Source: Squalus acanthias | Lineage: Eukaryota | DNA length: 64,000 nucleotides | Reading direction: 5' to 3' | NCBI GenBank assembly: GCA_030390025.1 | Contig: CM059449.1 | Coordinates: 15,748,001 to 15,812,000 of the forward strand | Shown here: piece by piece, positions 12,101-24,035 of the stretch | How positions within the stretch are numbered: position 1 is the stretch's first letter | Layout of the letters: every line of letters starts with the position of its first letter | Notes under the pieces: generated by a model | Told to the model about the DNA's origin: nothing | What the model saw: only the letters and a program-made list of their open reading frames with translations | The model's database searches: none | Program-made: the position numbers and the translations under genes

Positions 12101-15066
12101 GTAAAAAGGACGAACATAGTTGCGCTAACAGAGATATGTAAGGTGCCAAGCAAGAAAATCAAGCGATAATGCGAAGTACTAAAACAACAAATTAAACGCT
12201 GGAAAAACTCAGCAGGCCAGGTACTATTATACAATGCGAAGTACTATTTTGAGATAAACCTCACCTTCAGGTGGTGGGTTGGGATTTGGGGGAGTAGCCT
12301 GAAGCTCGTGTATTTACATTCATAAAGCACCGCGCCTTGAGTAGTTGGGTTCAAGTCAGACATATGACACTTTCAGGATGTTAATTGTCGACCAATTGTT
12401 CCCGATGTACTTTGAAAGTGATATTGACACACAGACACAATTCACAAAACCGAACTGAAATCACTTTGCATAGCATATGTACAGCCATACTAATGTCAAA
12501 ATATTGATAAATTCTAAAAACGAACTCTGATCTTTTCTACTCACTGTCAGTTATTATAAGTTGTGTTCCTGTCCCGCTTCCTTTCCCAACCGCCGCAATT
12601 TCCACCTCGCAGTAGTAAAAATCCGAGTCCATTGTCATTAAATTGATGATTTCAAGGAAAGCCATTCTTTCGGCAAATAAATTCGGCCCTGACTTCGTTA
12701 TCCGGCTCTGATAGAAAGGATTCCGAACCGACACTTCCATGTTTTGTGAGGCCCGTCTCCAAACAACCTGTCCAACAGTAATATTCGCTTCAAAAGTGCA
12801 GTTCAGCTGCACCGATCCTCCTTCTGTTACATTAATGGCATCTGGGGACTGGAACACTCTGATTCCACTCATCAACCCATTGTCTAGAGTATAAATGGAA
12901 CAATGCAATCTGTCAATAGCTACCTACAGAATTACAGACCAGTATTTAAACATAGAATGGTTACAGCACAGAAGGAGGCCATTCGGCCCGTCGAGCCCGT
13001 GCTGGCTCTCTGCAAGAGCACTTCAGCCAGTCCCACTCCCCCGCCCTTTCCCCGTAGCCCTGCATTTGTTTTCCTTCAGGTACTTATCCAACTCACCTTT
13101 GAAAGCCACGATCGAGTCTGCCTCCACCACCGTTTCAGACAGTGTATTCCAGTTACTAACCACTAGCTGCGTAAAAAGCTTTTTCTCATTTCGCCTTTGA
13201 TTCTTTTGCCAATCTGTGTCCTCTAGTTCACAACCCTTCCGCCAATGGGAACAGTTTCTCTCTATCTACTCTGGCTAGACCCCTCATGATTTTGAACACC
13301 TCTATCAGATCTCTTCTCAACCTTATCTGCTCTAAGGAGAACAATTCCGACTTCTCCAGTCTATCCACGTAACTGAAGCTCCTCTACCCCGAACCAGTCT
13401 CGTAAATCTTTTCGTCACCCTCTCTGAGGCCTTCACATCGTTCCTAAAGTGCGGTGCCCAGAATTGGCACAATACTGCAGTTGAGGCCGAACCAGTGTTT
13501 TGTAAAGGTACATCATAACTGCCTTGCCTTCGTACTATATGCCACTATTTATGAAGCCCAGTATCCTGTATGCTTTGTTAACCGCTTTCTCAACCTGCCC
13601 TGCCACCTTCAATGATTTGTGCACATATACCCCCAGGTCTCTCTGTTCATGCACCCACTTTAGGATCATACCCTCTAGTTTATTTTGCCTCTCCTCGTTC
13701 TTCCCACCAAAATGTATCAGTTTGCACTTTCCTGCGTTAAATGTCATCTGCCACGAGGGGCGAAGCTCAAATTAAAGTATCTTTCACTATCACTAATTGA
13801 CATTACTGGGTGTCCTTTCTTTGTTCGAATAAATTGGGATCAATGTATCCGTACATGAAATACCGCAACCTGTCAATTAACGTTGTACAATTATTATGAA
13901 TTGAGCCCAGATTGATCGCTCACTGCGGGGAAGGATCTGATTTCCAAGGGTCTCACTTTAGACGTTAACTAGTTAGCTGTAAGAAGGGAAGTCAGGCGGA
14001 AACTATTCGCCTATAGAGGAAGAGATTTGTGGAAGTGGCCGTGGGAGTGGGCAGTACAAATAGATTCAAGAGACAACATGTGTGTTTCTGGAGAAAGAAG
14101 CATTGATCTGTCAAACAGGGACAGGTTTTTTCTGACATAATGATCTCTTGTGTCCCACAATTTACAAGCTGCTATGAAGAATTTAAAATGCTGATTGATC
14201 CATCAATCATTGAGCGACAAACCGGTATTCAGCTGTCATTACATTGGGTACTTTTCCCGTTTCTCAACGGAACTTTGGGAAATTAAAGTCCATAATCAGA
14301 TTGAACAGCTGTGTACATTCAGAACTTTATGGTGCAAAAATTAGAGGCAATTGTCACTTTATAAAGGCGGATCTGCTGTATTTCCACGCACTTGGTTTTC
14401 TTTGCAAAACTATTGACATAATATAATCACCACTTCCCAACGCAGTTCTATTTCACCGTCCTACTGGGGGCAGATTTCACTTCTGTCATCTTTAATAATT
14501 TAAGAAGGAAACCTGTCCTTTATATTACCTCAAGTGTAAGCATGAAAACTTTGGAAATGTGTTGAATATGAATCGTTTGCTAATGGAATAAATTGTGTCG
14601 AACGCAAAGACGTTGAATTGTCGAGTAGAAGGTATAATGTCAGATAATTCCATGTGTAACACAGTCGGTTAGGAGTCCGTGAGTGAATTTATTTCCATAA
14701 GTACATTTTAGTAGGCCCTGTTAATTATGTTAATTTTATAATGCAAATTCACCGCATCTGCATAGAGGAGAACGTTAATGTGTATAATATATATATATAA
14801 AGTTTCCCGAAAGATAAAATCCTTATACCGTTGAAATGGTGGATTCAATGCAAAGTAACACAGCAAAATAAAATAAAACAATTTATTTTACACACTGTAA
14901 CTTCGTTATATATAAGGTCTGCATAAGAAAACAACCTGCCCAACCAAATAACCGTTAGTCTTAATAAATATAGAATTAAAATGTGAACATCAGAAGATAG
15001 CGACTCACCGACATGCAAGAGTATGGTCAGTAAATTGAAGAACATCCACATGTGAATAGTTTGCAT
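5932..15066 (-). CDS. NCR3 (NKp30)-family Ig-superfamily receptor with two tandem V(J)-type domains; exons 15066-15009, 12883-12545, 8408-8058, 6546-6415, 6104-6083, 5974-5932 (945 nt, 314 aa + stop)
   Basis: All six exons have GT/AG sites and compatible phases (1,1,1,1,2). Product is leader MQTIHMWMFFNLLTILLHV, V1, V2, stalk/TM, then a tail ending ...PTSPDPLYSEIHETGG*. V2 (IGSYTW...GNEVSNNTAEYRGRV...YFCKVQLVG...GPGTRVTV) closely parallels human NKp30 (IGSVTW...GKEVRNGTPEFRGRL...YVCRVEVLG...GNGTRLVV). Confidence 0.82.
6212..6361. mobile_element. Short palindromic MITE
   Basis: Imperfect inverted repeats ggggcaattttaacc...ggataaaattacc. A similar element lies at ~9100-9236. Confidence 0.5.
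6415..6546 (-). CDS. Stalk/transmembrane exon of the NCR3-like gene
   Basis: Acceptor ttacacacag|, donor G|GTAACA, 132 nt. Encodes (S)GGECSHGDSAPMIPPLVYAAVAVPLLIIIIIIVIVVITQRRKR, a hydrophobic helix plus basic stop-transfer. Confidence 0.85.
6862..7212 (-). mobile_element. CR1 LINE 3' fragment
   Basis: catagatacataggaaca...gccattcagccc tail and a WNTLP-type remnant. Confidence 0.8.
8058..8408 (-). CDS. IgV domain 2 exon (VJ-type, NKp30-like)
   Basis: Acceptor cacttgcag|cag (NAGNAG), donor A|GTCAGT, 351 nt, phase 1-1. Motifs VIQSP, LLC, TW, EDTGFYFC and GPGTRVTV. Confidence 0.88.
8550..8860. mobile_element. Penelope-like repeat fragment (related pieces at ~2570, 12190, 51905, 54325)
   Basis: Recurrent motif aaaacagaaaatactggaaacgctcagcaggccaggcagcatctgtggaga. 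Family assignment from recall only. Confidence 0.5.
9737..10638. repeat. Inverted segmental duplication, block B copy 1 (matches ~25428-24551)
   Basis: ORF 9889+ versus 25281-, with shared unique sequence and a shared CR1 tail. Confidence 0.9.
10655..11790. repeat. Direct duplication copy X' (CR1 fragment plus unique intron sequence)
   Basis: Same CR1/unique junction (tgccacgagggg.gaagctcaaattaaagtatc) and same downstream sequence as 13248-14378. Confidence 0.9.
12545..12883 (-). CDS. IgV domain 1 exon (VJ-type, NKp30-like)
   Basis: Acceptor tatactctag|, donor A|GTGAGT, 339 nt, phase 1-1. Motifs VFQSP, LNC, W, DSDFYYC and J-like GTGTQLII. Confidence 0.9.
12950..13795 (-). mobile_element. 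CR1 LINE 3' fragment
   Basis: FNAGKCKLIHFG...QRDLGVYV...LGFIN and the CR1 tail. Confidence 0.85.
13248..14378. repeat. Direct duplication copy X (its CR1 extends to ~12950)
   Basis: Aligns with 10655-11790. Confidence 0.9.
15009..15066 (-). CDS. Leader (signal peptide) exon of the NCR3-like gene
   Basis: AAAATG start, hydrophobic 19 aa, then a phase-1 donor G|GTGAGT at 15008. Confidence 0.75.
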
Positions 15067-15896
15067 TTTGATTCTTGCTCCGCAGGACACTACGAGCTAA
15101 CATCTGACCCGCAGCGTCCCGAAGTGCTGTTAAGTGTAACAAACGTCCCACACCAGACGCTGAATTATATGACGAAACCTTCTGGTGGTTTAACACCACA
15201 CAGATGAACTCTGCTCACTACGCACGTTTTCCAATTGTAGTCGGATACGTCATATTTTAAGAATATTAAACATAGAAGCACTACTTTAACATTACACAAG
15301 CGGTACATTGAAACAAAGGAATAACGCCTCGCAGTTCAGTTTCATCCTTCACTAATTTCAGTGGGTGTTTACGAACCCGAGGGATTGAAACTCATCTTGC
15401 ACCTGTTTAAACAATGACAAACTCATTAGAATGAAGTTAGAGGGCGCAGAGTTGGTAAATGAGAACTGGAGATAGTACTCGGATTTGCTTTAAATGGGTA
15501 GTGCCTGGCAATTGTCTGAAACATGAACATGTGTTGGCCACATGTCACGGAATGATGCTGAGCCCAGTTGTGTAAATCCAGCAGCATGCCTTTCACGTTC
15601 AGAGCGCTTTCGACGGGAACTACATGATCAGTGCTTTTTGCTCCTTATTCTAGCCCAACCTTTTTTAAAAGAACGTGTACTTTTAAGAGTTATCTGGCGC
15701 AAGAAACTGTAATGCTGCAGTAGGACTACCAGGGCCTAAACTGGGATAAATCAACACTGTAGTTACAGAAAGGGGAGATCACCTGGAAAAAGAACAGCAG
15801 GGTCTAAGCTCAACTTCCTTTGGGAGCGGAAAACGGGCAGTGGCGGATTGGCAGCCTGTGATAAACCCCACCCGATTTACCTTTTCATATCAATGG

Positions 15897-16335
15897 AAGT
15901 TATGATGAACCTTTATAAAACTCTAGTTCAGCCACAACTGGAGTATTGAGTCCAATCCTGGGCACTGTACCGAAGGAAGGATGTAAAGGCTTTAGAGAGG
16001 GTGCAGAAAAGATTTACGAGAATGGTTCGTTGATAGACTGGAGAAGCTGGGGTTGTTCTCTTTGGAGCAGAGAAGATTGAGAGGAGATTTGATAGAGGTG
16101 TTCAAAATCATGAGGGGTCTTGACAGAGTAGATAGAGAGAAACTGATCCCATTGGCGGAAGGGTGGAAAACCAGAGGACACAGATTTAAGGTGATTGGCA
16201 GAAAAAAAAATGGCCGGGCTACGGGGAAAGGGCGGGGAGAGTGGGACTCGCTGAAGTTCTCTTGCAGAGAAAGCCGGCACTGGCTCGACGGGCCAAATGG
16301 CCTCCTTCTGTTCTGTAACCATTCCATGATTCTAT
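15897..16335 (+). mobile_element. CR1 LINE 3' fragment
   Basis: FSLEQRRLRGDLIEVFKIMRG and ccatgattctatg tail. Confidence 0.85.
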
Positions 16336-17011
16336 GAGAAGTTTCTTCTGCATTCCCTATTTGATATATCATTGGCCTCTAGTTTTGCTTTAAGGCAAAA
16401 GGGGCCTCACACTAAAGCAGTGGAAATATTTGCGAGATGATTCTTTGCAGTTACCCACCCACAGTTCACACCTCACGATCTGTAGCGTTCAGCGATAAAC
16501 ACATTTCCGTCAGATGTCGATCTCGCTAGAATATTTATAGAACATCATCTGCGAGTTTCAAAACACTCGCTGAGGTTAACAGGTTGGGCTGGGCAGCGAA
16601 GCGCTCGACGCCCACACAGCTTCAGTCTAGGCACGTAGCTGACCGCAGAGCCGAGTCTACGTGTTGACTGACACCAGGGCCACGAACCTCAATAGCTATC
16701 AGGTCGCTGCAGACCCTGACAAGCTGTCAGATACTCTGTGCAGAAAGCCCTTACTATCCTTCTGATTCGCACGTACACAATCTGTACAGATCTTTCTCTC
16801 ACACACGAGCGCTCATACACGCCCAGTCAGCCCAGCACTGCTGTTGCAGTTAGAGTTATGTTAATATCTATATGTGTGTACACGCAATGTGACAAGTTCT
16901 TCAGAGAGATCAACGATCGGGAAAGGAAAACTCACTTAGTTAAGCTGAAAAGGGAGCTCTTGACTATGTGCGTGTGAAGTAAAATTAAGGAACAGGACCC
17001 GTTTAGGATTC

Positions 17012-17465
17012 ATCTGTGGCTCAGTGGGTAGCACCCGAGTCTCTGAAGGTCGTGGGTTCAAGTCTCACTCCAGAGACTTGAGCACAAAAATCTAGGCTGA
17101 CACTCCAGTGGCAGTGCTGATGGAGCGCTGCACTGTCGGGTGTGCCTTCTTTCGGATGAGATGTTAAACCGAGGGCCTGTCTGCTCTCTCAGGTGGATGT
17201 AAAAGATCCCATGGCGCTATTGCGAAGAAGAGCAGGGGGAGTTCTCCCCGTGTCCTGGTCAATATTTATCCCTCAATCAACATCACTAAAAAACAGATGA
17301 TCACATTGCTGTTTGTGGGAGCTTGCTCTGCACAAATTTAGCTGCCGCGTTTCCTACATTACAACAGTGACTACACTCCAAAAAGTACTTCATTGGCCGT
17401 AAAGCGCTTTGCGACGGCCTGAGGAGATGAAATGCGCTATATAAATGCATTTCCTTCTTTTCTTC
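17012..17465 (+). mobile_element. Deu-domain SINE (SacSINE1/AmnSINE1-like)
   Basis: A box gtggctcagtggg, B box gggttcaagtct, Deu core, tail gcgctatataaatgca. Confidence 0.82.
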
Positions 17466-17739
17466 CTAAACGAGAAAACGCAGGTAGGCTACAGTGTGAT
17501 GGAGTTTTCAATTGATTATTCACAAGAATTTTCATGTAAACTATACAGTTAATACTCCAAAGTAGTAATGCTGCGGGGTAATTATTGGGAACAATGTAAT
17601 GGTGGTTTTAATACTGGGACACTGACCAACTCCTGGGTGGCTAATTGTCCTGTCTCAGACTGTGACACGCACAGCATCGCCCCTCCCAATCCGCGATCTA
17701 ATGCTCACAACAGTGGTTTCAATCATTCACTGACTGAGC

Positions 17740-18200
17740 TATTTGCCGGCTCACTAATACACTAATTGACTTATTAATAGATTGATTGAGTGGCCGGTAT
17801 AGGACTGATTAGTAGACTGAAGGTCGGTGCATCTGAGGGAGGATTGATTGAAAATTGTTTGATTGATTTAGGATTAATTAACGAATCATCTTTTGAATAA
17901 GTGGATGATTGATTCATTGACTGAAACCAATTGATTAATTCACTGTTAATCGATCAGGTGATTGACCAAATGACCGATTGGCGATTGTCCGATTGTTTGA
18001 GGAGCCAATGCTTGATTTACTGATCACTGGACTGATCGATAGATTATTCGACTGGTTGATTAACAGCAAATCTCTCGATTGAATGGCCGATTGATTTATT
18101 CACTTATTGATTAACTAATTCATAGGTAGATAGACAGATGAATCGATAGACCGAAGTAAATTTACTTCTTGAGGATTATTTCATTGATCGCCGATTCAAA
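17740..18200. repeat. Degenerate GATT/GACT tetranucleotide low-complexity tract
   Basis: Repeated gattgatt, gactga and tgatcga units. Confidence 0.7.
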
Positions 18201-18249
18201 GTTTTCATTTCGGAAGCATAATTCACAACTTTGTCCCTTTGCCGGAGTC

Positions 18250-19751
18250 TGACCTTCATTATTTGTTGATTTATAATCTGTCCAACAGCATTGCTACTGT
18301 TCTGGGGCCTGTAGACTTTTTCCCCTTATTATTTTTTATCTCCACCCAAACCGATTCTATATCTTGATCTTCTGAGCCAATATCACTTCTCACCACTGCA
18401 CTGATCCCATCCTTTACCAACAAAGCCACCCCACCTCCCTTTCCTTTGTTTCTAACCTTCCGAATTATAATATAACCTGGAATATTCAGTTCCCAGCCCT
18501 GGTCGCCTTGCAACCACGTCTCTGTAATGGCGATCAGATCATACCCATTTGTATCTATTTGTGCCGGCAACTCATCTATCTTGTTACGAATGCTACGTGC
18601 ATTCAGATATAGAGCTTTTAACTTTGTCTTTTTACCATTTGCCTTGATTTTGCCTTTTTGTCTGTTACACTCTTATTTTTTAAACATTCTGTCCCTTCCT
18701 GTCACACTCTGATTATTATTTCCCTATCTCTAGCCTGCTCTATTGCTTTCTCATTTCTCATTAACTTTTTATTTTCCCGCTCACCTGGATCCTCCCCCAC
18801 ACTATTTAGTTTAAAGCCCTCTCTACAGCCCGAGTTATTCGATTTGCCAGGACTCCAGCCCAGCATGGTTCAAGTGAAGCCCGAACAAACGGAACAGCTC
18901 CCCCTTATCCCAGTACTGGTGCCAGTGCCCCACTAATAGAAACCCATTTCTCCGATACCAGTCTTTGAGCCACTCGTTCATTTCCCTGATCTTATTTATC
19001 CTATGCAAATTCGCTCGTGGCTCAGGTAGTAATCGAGAGATTATTACCTTTGTGGATCTGCTTTTTAATTTAGCCCCTAGCTGCTCATACTCTCTCAGCA
19101 GAACCTCATTCTTTGTCCTACCTACGTCATTGGTACCTACGTTAACCGTGACAACTGGATCTTCCCCCTCCCACTCCAAGTTTCTCTCCAGCCCAGAAGA
19201 GATGTCCTTAACCCTGGCACCGGGCAGGCAACACAGCTTTCGGGACTCACGCTTTCATCTGCAGAGAACAGTATCTATCCCCCTCTCTATACTGTCCCCT
19301 ATCACTACTACATTTCTTTTTACTCCCCCCACTTGAATGGCTCCCTGTACCACGGTGCTGTGGTCAGATTGCTCATCCTCCCTGCAGTCCCTGGCCTCGT
19401 CCACACATTGAGCAAGAATCTCGTACCTGTTGGACAAGACCAAGGGCTGAGACTCCTCCACCACTACCTCCTTGATCCCAATACCTGCCTCGCTTGTAGT
19501 CACACCCTCCTGTCCCTGACCATGTGCCAAATTGGAAGTAATTATTCTAGTGGGTGTGACTGCCTCCCGGAACTTAGTGTCCAGGTAACGCTCCCCTCCC
19601 TAATGTGTCGCAGAGTCTGAAGCTCGGACTCCAGCTCATCAACTCTGAGCCGAAGATCCTCCAGCAGCCAACTTTTGCTGCAGATGTGGTCGCCTTGGAC
19701 CTCAATGGTGTCCACCAGCTCCCACATGCAACAACAACAACACATTGCCTG
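18250..19751 (-). mobile_element. CR1 LINE 5' half (ORF1 zinc/leucine-zipper and SGNH esterase, N-terminal APE), inverted
   Basis: HICSK..LLEDLRLRVDELE, VIGDSI, VGTNDV, GLHLN, YDLIAITETWL, KGGGVALLV. Confidence 0.9.
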
Positions 19752-19763
19752 GTCTCCCTTCTC

Positions 19764-22655
19764 ATGGTAGCCTGGAGGAGGAGTTCACAGAGTGCATCAT
19801 AGAAACATAGAAACATAGAATCTAGGAGCAGGAGTAGGCCATTCGGCCCGTCGAGCCTGCTCCACCATTCAATACGATCATGGCTGATCATTCAAATCCA
19901 GTACCCTGTCCCTGCTTTAATCCCCACAGTACACATATCCCACCCGACCCCCGTAACCCCACGTATTTAATTCCCCCTAACATATCCCATCCTATCCCCA
20001 TAACCCCACATATTTAATCCCCCCCTAACACTAAGGGTCAATTTATCATAGCCAAATCAACCTAACCCGCACATTTTTGGACAGTGGGAGGAAACCGGAG
20101 CACCCGGAGGAAACCCACGCAGACACGAGGAGAATGTGCAAACTCCACACAGACAGTCACCCGAGGTCAGATTCGAACCCGGGTCTCTGGCGCTGTGAGG
20201 CACCAGTGCTAACCACTATGCCACCGTGTTGCCCTTCATAGCCAAATCAACCTAATGTTTTCCTGGAACAGTATGTAATGGAACCAACATGGGAGCAGGC
20301 TATCTTCGATCTGGTACTATGTAATGAGACAGAATTAATAAATGATCTCACAGTAAAGGATCCTCTAGGAAAGAGTGATCATAGCCTGGTTGAATTTCAA
20401 ATTCAGTTGGAGGGTGAGTAAGTTGTATCCCAAACCAGTGTCCTGATCTGAAGCAAAGGCAATTATAATGGCATGAGGGCAGAACTGGCTAAAGTGGACT
20501 GGAAAAACAAATTAAAGGCTAAGAAAGTTGAAATGCAGTGGCGGACATTTAAGGAGATATTTCATAACTCTCAACAAAAATATATTCCAGTGAGAAAGAT
20601 AGATTTTAAGAGAATGGAGCACCATCCGTGGCTAACAAAGGAAGTAAAAGATGGTATCAAATTGAAAACGAAGGCATACAATGTTGCCAAGATTGGTGCG
20701 AGACCAGAGGATCGGACATTTTTAAAAACCAGCAAAGGATGACTAAAAAAATAATAAAGAGAGAGAAGATGAATTATGAGAGTAAGCTGGCAAGAAACAT
20801 TAAAACAGATAGTATGAGCTTCTACAGGTATATAAAAAGGAAGAGGATAGCTAAAGTAAACGTTGGTCCCTTAGAGGTTGAGACTGGGAAATTAATAATG
20901 GGTAACGGTGAAATGGCAGAGACTCTGAACAAATATTTTGGATCTGTCTTCACTGTAGAAGACATTAACAACATCCCAATAATGGATAATCAAGGGGCCA
21001 CAGGGAGTGGGGAACTAAAGACAATCGCTATCACTGAGGAAATAGTACTCGGTAAAATAATGGGACTAAAAGGCGACAAGTCCCCTGGACCAGATGGCTT
21101 GCATTCCAGAGTCTTAAAAGAAGTGGCTGCAGAGATAGTGGATGCATTGGTTGCAATATACCAAAATTCCCTGGACTCTGGATAGGTCCCAATGGATTGG
21201 AAAACCGCTAATGTAACACCCCTATTTAAGAAAGGAGGGAGACAGAAAGCAGGAAACTATAGACCGTTAGCCTAACATCTGTCGTTGGGAAAATGCTGGA
21301 GTCCTTATTAAGGAAGTAGTAGCAGGGCATTTAGAAAAACATACTGCAGTCAAACAGAGCCAGCATGGTTTTAGGAAAGGGAAATCATGTTTAACAAATT
21401 TGCTGGAGTTCTTTGAGGATGTAACAATCAGGGGGGACAAGGGTGAGCCAGTGGATGTGGTGTATTCGAATTTCCAGAAGGCTTTCGATAAGGTGCCACA
21501 TAAAAGGTTACTGCATAAGATAAGAGCTCACAGAGTTGGGGGTAATATATTAGCATGGATACAAAATTGGCTAACTAACAGAAAGCAGAGAGTCGGGATA
21601 AATGGGTCATTTTCCGGTTGGCAAACGGTAACTAGTGGGGTGCCACAAGGATCGGTGCTGGGGCCCCAACTATTTACAATCTACATTAATGACTTGGATG
21701 AAGGGATCAAGTGTAATGTAGCCAAGTTTGTGAATGATTCAAAGATTGGTGGGAAAGCAAGTTGTGCAGAGGACTCAAAGAATCTGCAAAGGGATATAGA
21801 CAGGCTAGGTGAGTGGGCAAACATTTGGCAGATGGAGTATAATGTGGGAAAGTGCGAGATTATCCACTTTGGCAGGAAAAATAAAAAACAAACTATTATT
21901 TAAATGGAGAGAGATTACAAAACGCTGCAGTTCAGAGGGACCTGCGGGTCCTTGTGCATGAATCATAAAAAGTTAGCATGCAGGTACAGCAAGTAATCAA
22001 AAAGGCAAAAGAAATGTTTGCCTTTATTTCAAGGGGGTTGGAGTATAAAAGCAGGGAAGTCCTGCTACAACTGTTCAAGGTATTGGTGAGAACACACCTT
22101 GAGTACTGCGTACAGTTTTGGTCTCTTTATTTGAGGAAGGATATATTTGCATTGGAGGCAGTTCAGAGACGATGCACTAGGTTAATTCCAGAGATGAGGG
22201 GGTTGACTTATGAGGAAAGGTTGAGCAGGCTGGGCCTATACTCATTGGAATTTAGAAGAATGAGAGGTGATCTTATCGAAACATAAGATACTGAGGGGGC
22301 TCGACAGGGTAGATGCAGAGAGGATGTTTCCCCTCGTAGGGAAATCTAGAACTCGGGGGCACAGTCTCAGAATAAAGGGTCACCCTTTTAGAACTGAGAT
22401 GAGGAGGAACCTCTTCTCTCAGAGGGTCGTAAATTTGTGGAATTCTCTGCCCCAGAGAGCCGTGGAGGCTGGGTCATTAAATACATTTAAAGTGGAGATA
22501 GAGACATGTTTGCAAGATAAGGGAGTGATGGGTTATCGGGAGCGTGCAGGGAAGTGGCTTTGAGCCCAAGATCAGCCATGATCTTACTGAATGGTGGAGC
22601 AGGCTCGAGGGGCCATGTGGTCTATTCCTGCTCCTATTTCTTCTGTTCTTATGTT
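19764..22655 (+). mobile_element. CR1 LINE 3' half (C-terminal APE, RT, 3' tail), interrupted by a SINE
   Basis: GSLEEEFTECI / FLEQYVMEPT, KSPGPDG, FQKAFDKV, SGVPQGSVLGP, WNSLP and the ttatgtt tail. Confidence 0.92.
19797..20235 (-). mobile_element. V-SINE (HE1-like) with CR1-derived (TCTATGTT)n tail
   Basis: tRNA head gtggcatagtggttagcact...gggttcgaatc and V-domain gtgtggagtttgcac...gggtttcctccgggtgctccggtttcctccca. Confidence 0.85.
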
Positions 22656-23489
22656 CGCTCTCACACTATTTACTCTGCCTGGCGTCTTTTGGCTAACTAT
22701 AGTTTCACCATTAAAAGCTCTCACACGAACTTGTTTCAGACTCATTCCTCTGTGGAACGGTGAGAAATTGGGAAAGCCGAGTTCTGCTGAATCTGCAGAG
22801 CTGGGTTCTCCCGAGCAACAAGCTGCCTCTGCACATGTTAGAGATTGGTTGATTTTTTTGATTTGTTCATGGGATGTGGCGGTCTGTTTGGTCTCTGAAT
22901 CATTGAAATTGCAGCATAGGAGGTCATTTGTCCATCGCCCATGCACCCACTATAGCTCTTGCACAGGAGTTATCTACTCTTAGCCTATTCTCCTGACCAT
23001 CCAGCCTCGTGCCTTTAAAACCTTCCTTTCCATTAACTTCGCCAGTCCCCTTAGAAATTATAGGCATTGCAGGCCATAATATTGCTTTGAAATTTGGCGG
23101 ATCCTCTCCACGATGAGACTTGGTCCTTCACCAAGGTGTCTCGGTACTATAAACACATATATGCTCTCTTTGCCAACAGGCTCAAGGAGACGTACGTTTA
23201 AAGACAGCATTTCTACAAACTCTTGTTTTCCTGGTCTCCAACAATCTCATCAACGATATATTGACTCCAGGAGCTCCTCGCACTGTGGGCCTACATTTGT
23301 CCATCAGATGTGCAGTCTTGACACCAATGATGAGGACAATGGTGTAGCACAGATAGGATAATGAGAGCTAATGGTACGAACAGCAAATTATTATCTGGCA
23401 ACTGCTGTAGATTCTTAGTACAAGGCGAGCAGGCTAATGGTGCGATGTTTGGGCAGAGAATGACATGTAATGTTCTATCGCCCCAACTG

Positions 23490-24035
23490 TTCTGTGCCGC
23501 CTCTCCAGAGCTTTGACATCCTTTCTAAAGTGTGGTGCCCAGAATTGTACACAATACAAAAGCTGAGGCCTAACCAGTGATTAGTAAAGGCTTAGCTTCA
23601 CTTCCTTGTTGTTGTATTCAATGCCCCTTGACAAAGCCAGGTATCCCACACGCTTTCTTACCCGCCTTGTCAACTTGCCCTGCCACCTTCAAATATTTGT
23701 GAATATGCACACCCAGGTCTCTCTGCCCTTGCACCCCCTCAAAATAGCACCATTTAGGTTACAGTGCCTCTCGATGTTGCTCCTCTCAAAGTGCATCACT
23801 TCACACTTAGCCGCATTAAATTGCATCTCCCATGTGCCTGCCCATTTCATCAGGCTCTGTCCTCCTGAAGTCTGCTACTATCCCTCTTACTATTTACTAT
23901 GTTACCAAGTATTGCATCATTCACAAATTTCGAATTGTGCTCCCTATACCCACGTCCAGATCATTTCTATGTAACAAGAAAAGCAATGGTCCTAATACCG
24001 TTCACTGGGGAACCCCATTGTATACTTCTCACCAG
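23490..24035 (-). mobile_element. CR1 LINE RT fragment
   Basis: Reverse-strand GVPQ.../FNA.KC remnants. Confidence 0.75.

Noticed and set aside
12265-12298. Possible Pro-rich linker exon between V1 and V2 (minus strand, strong donor AG|GTGAGG)
   Set aside because: It is 34 nt with a weak acceptor and gives a TGA in the phase required after V1. At most a decayed exon.
8058-12883. V exons as rearranging Ig/TCR segments
   Set aside because: V and J-like motifs are germline-joined in single exons, I saw no RSS heptamer/nonamer at their 3' ends, and there is no C domain.
17012-20235. tRNA-like A/B boxes at ~17015 and ~20230
   Set aside because: They are SINE heads, not tRNA genes.
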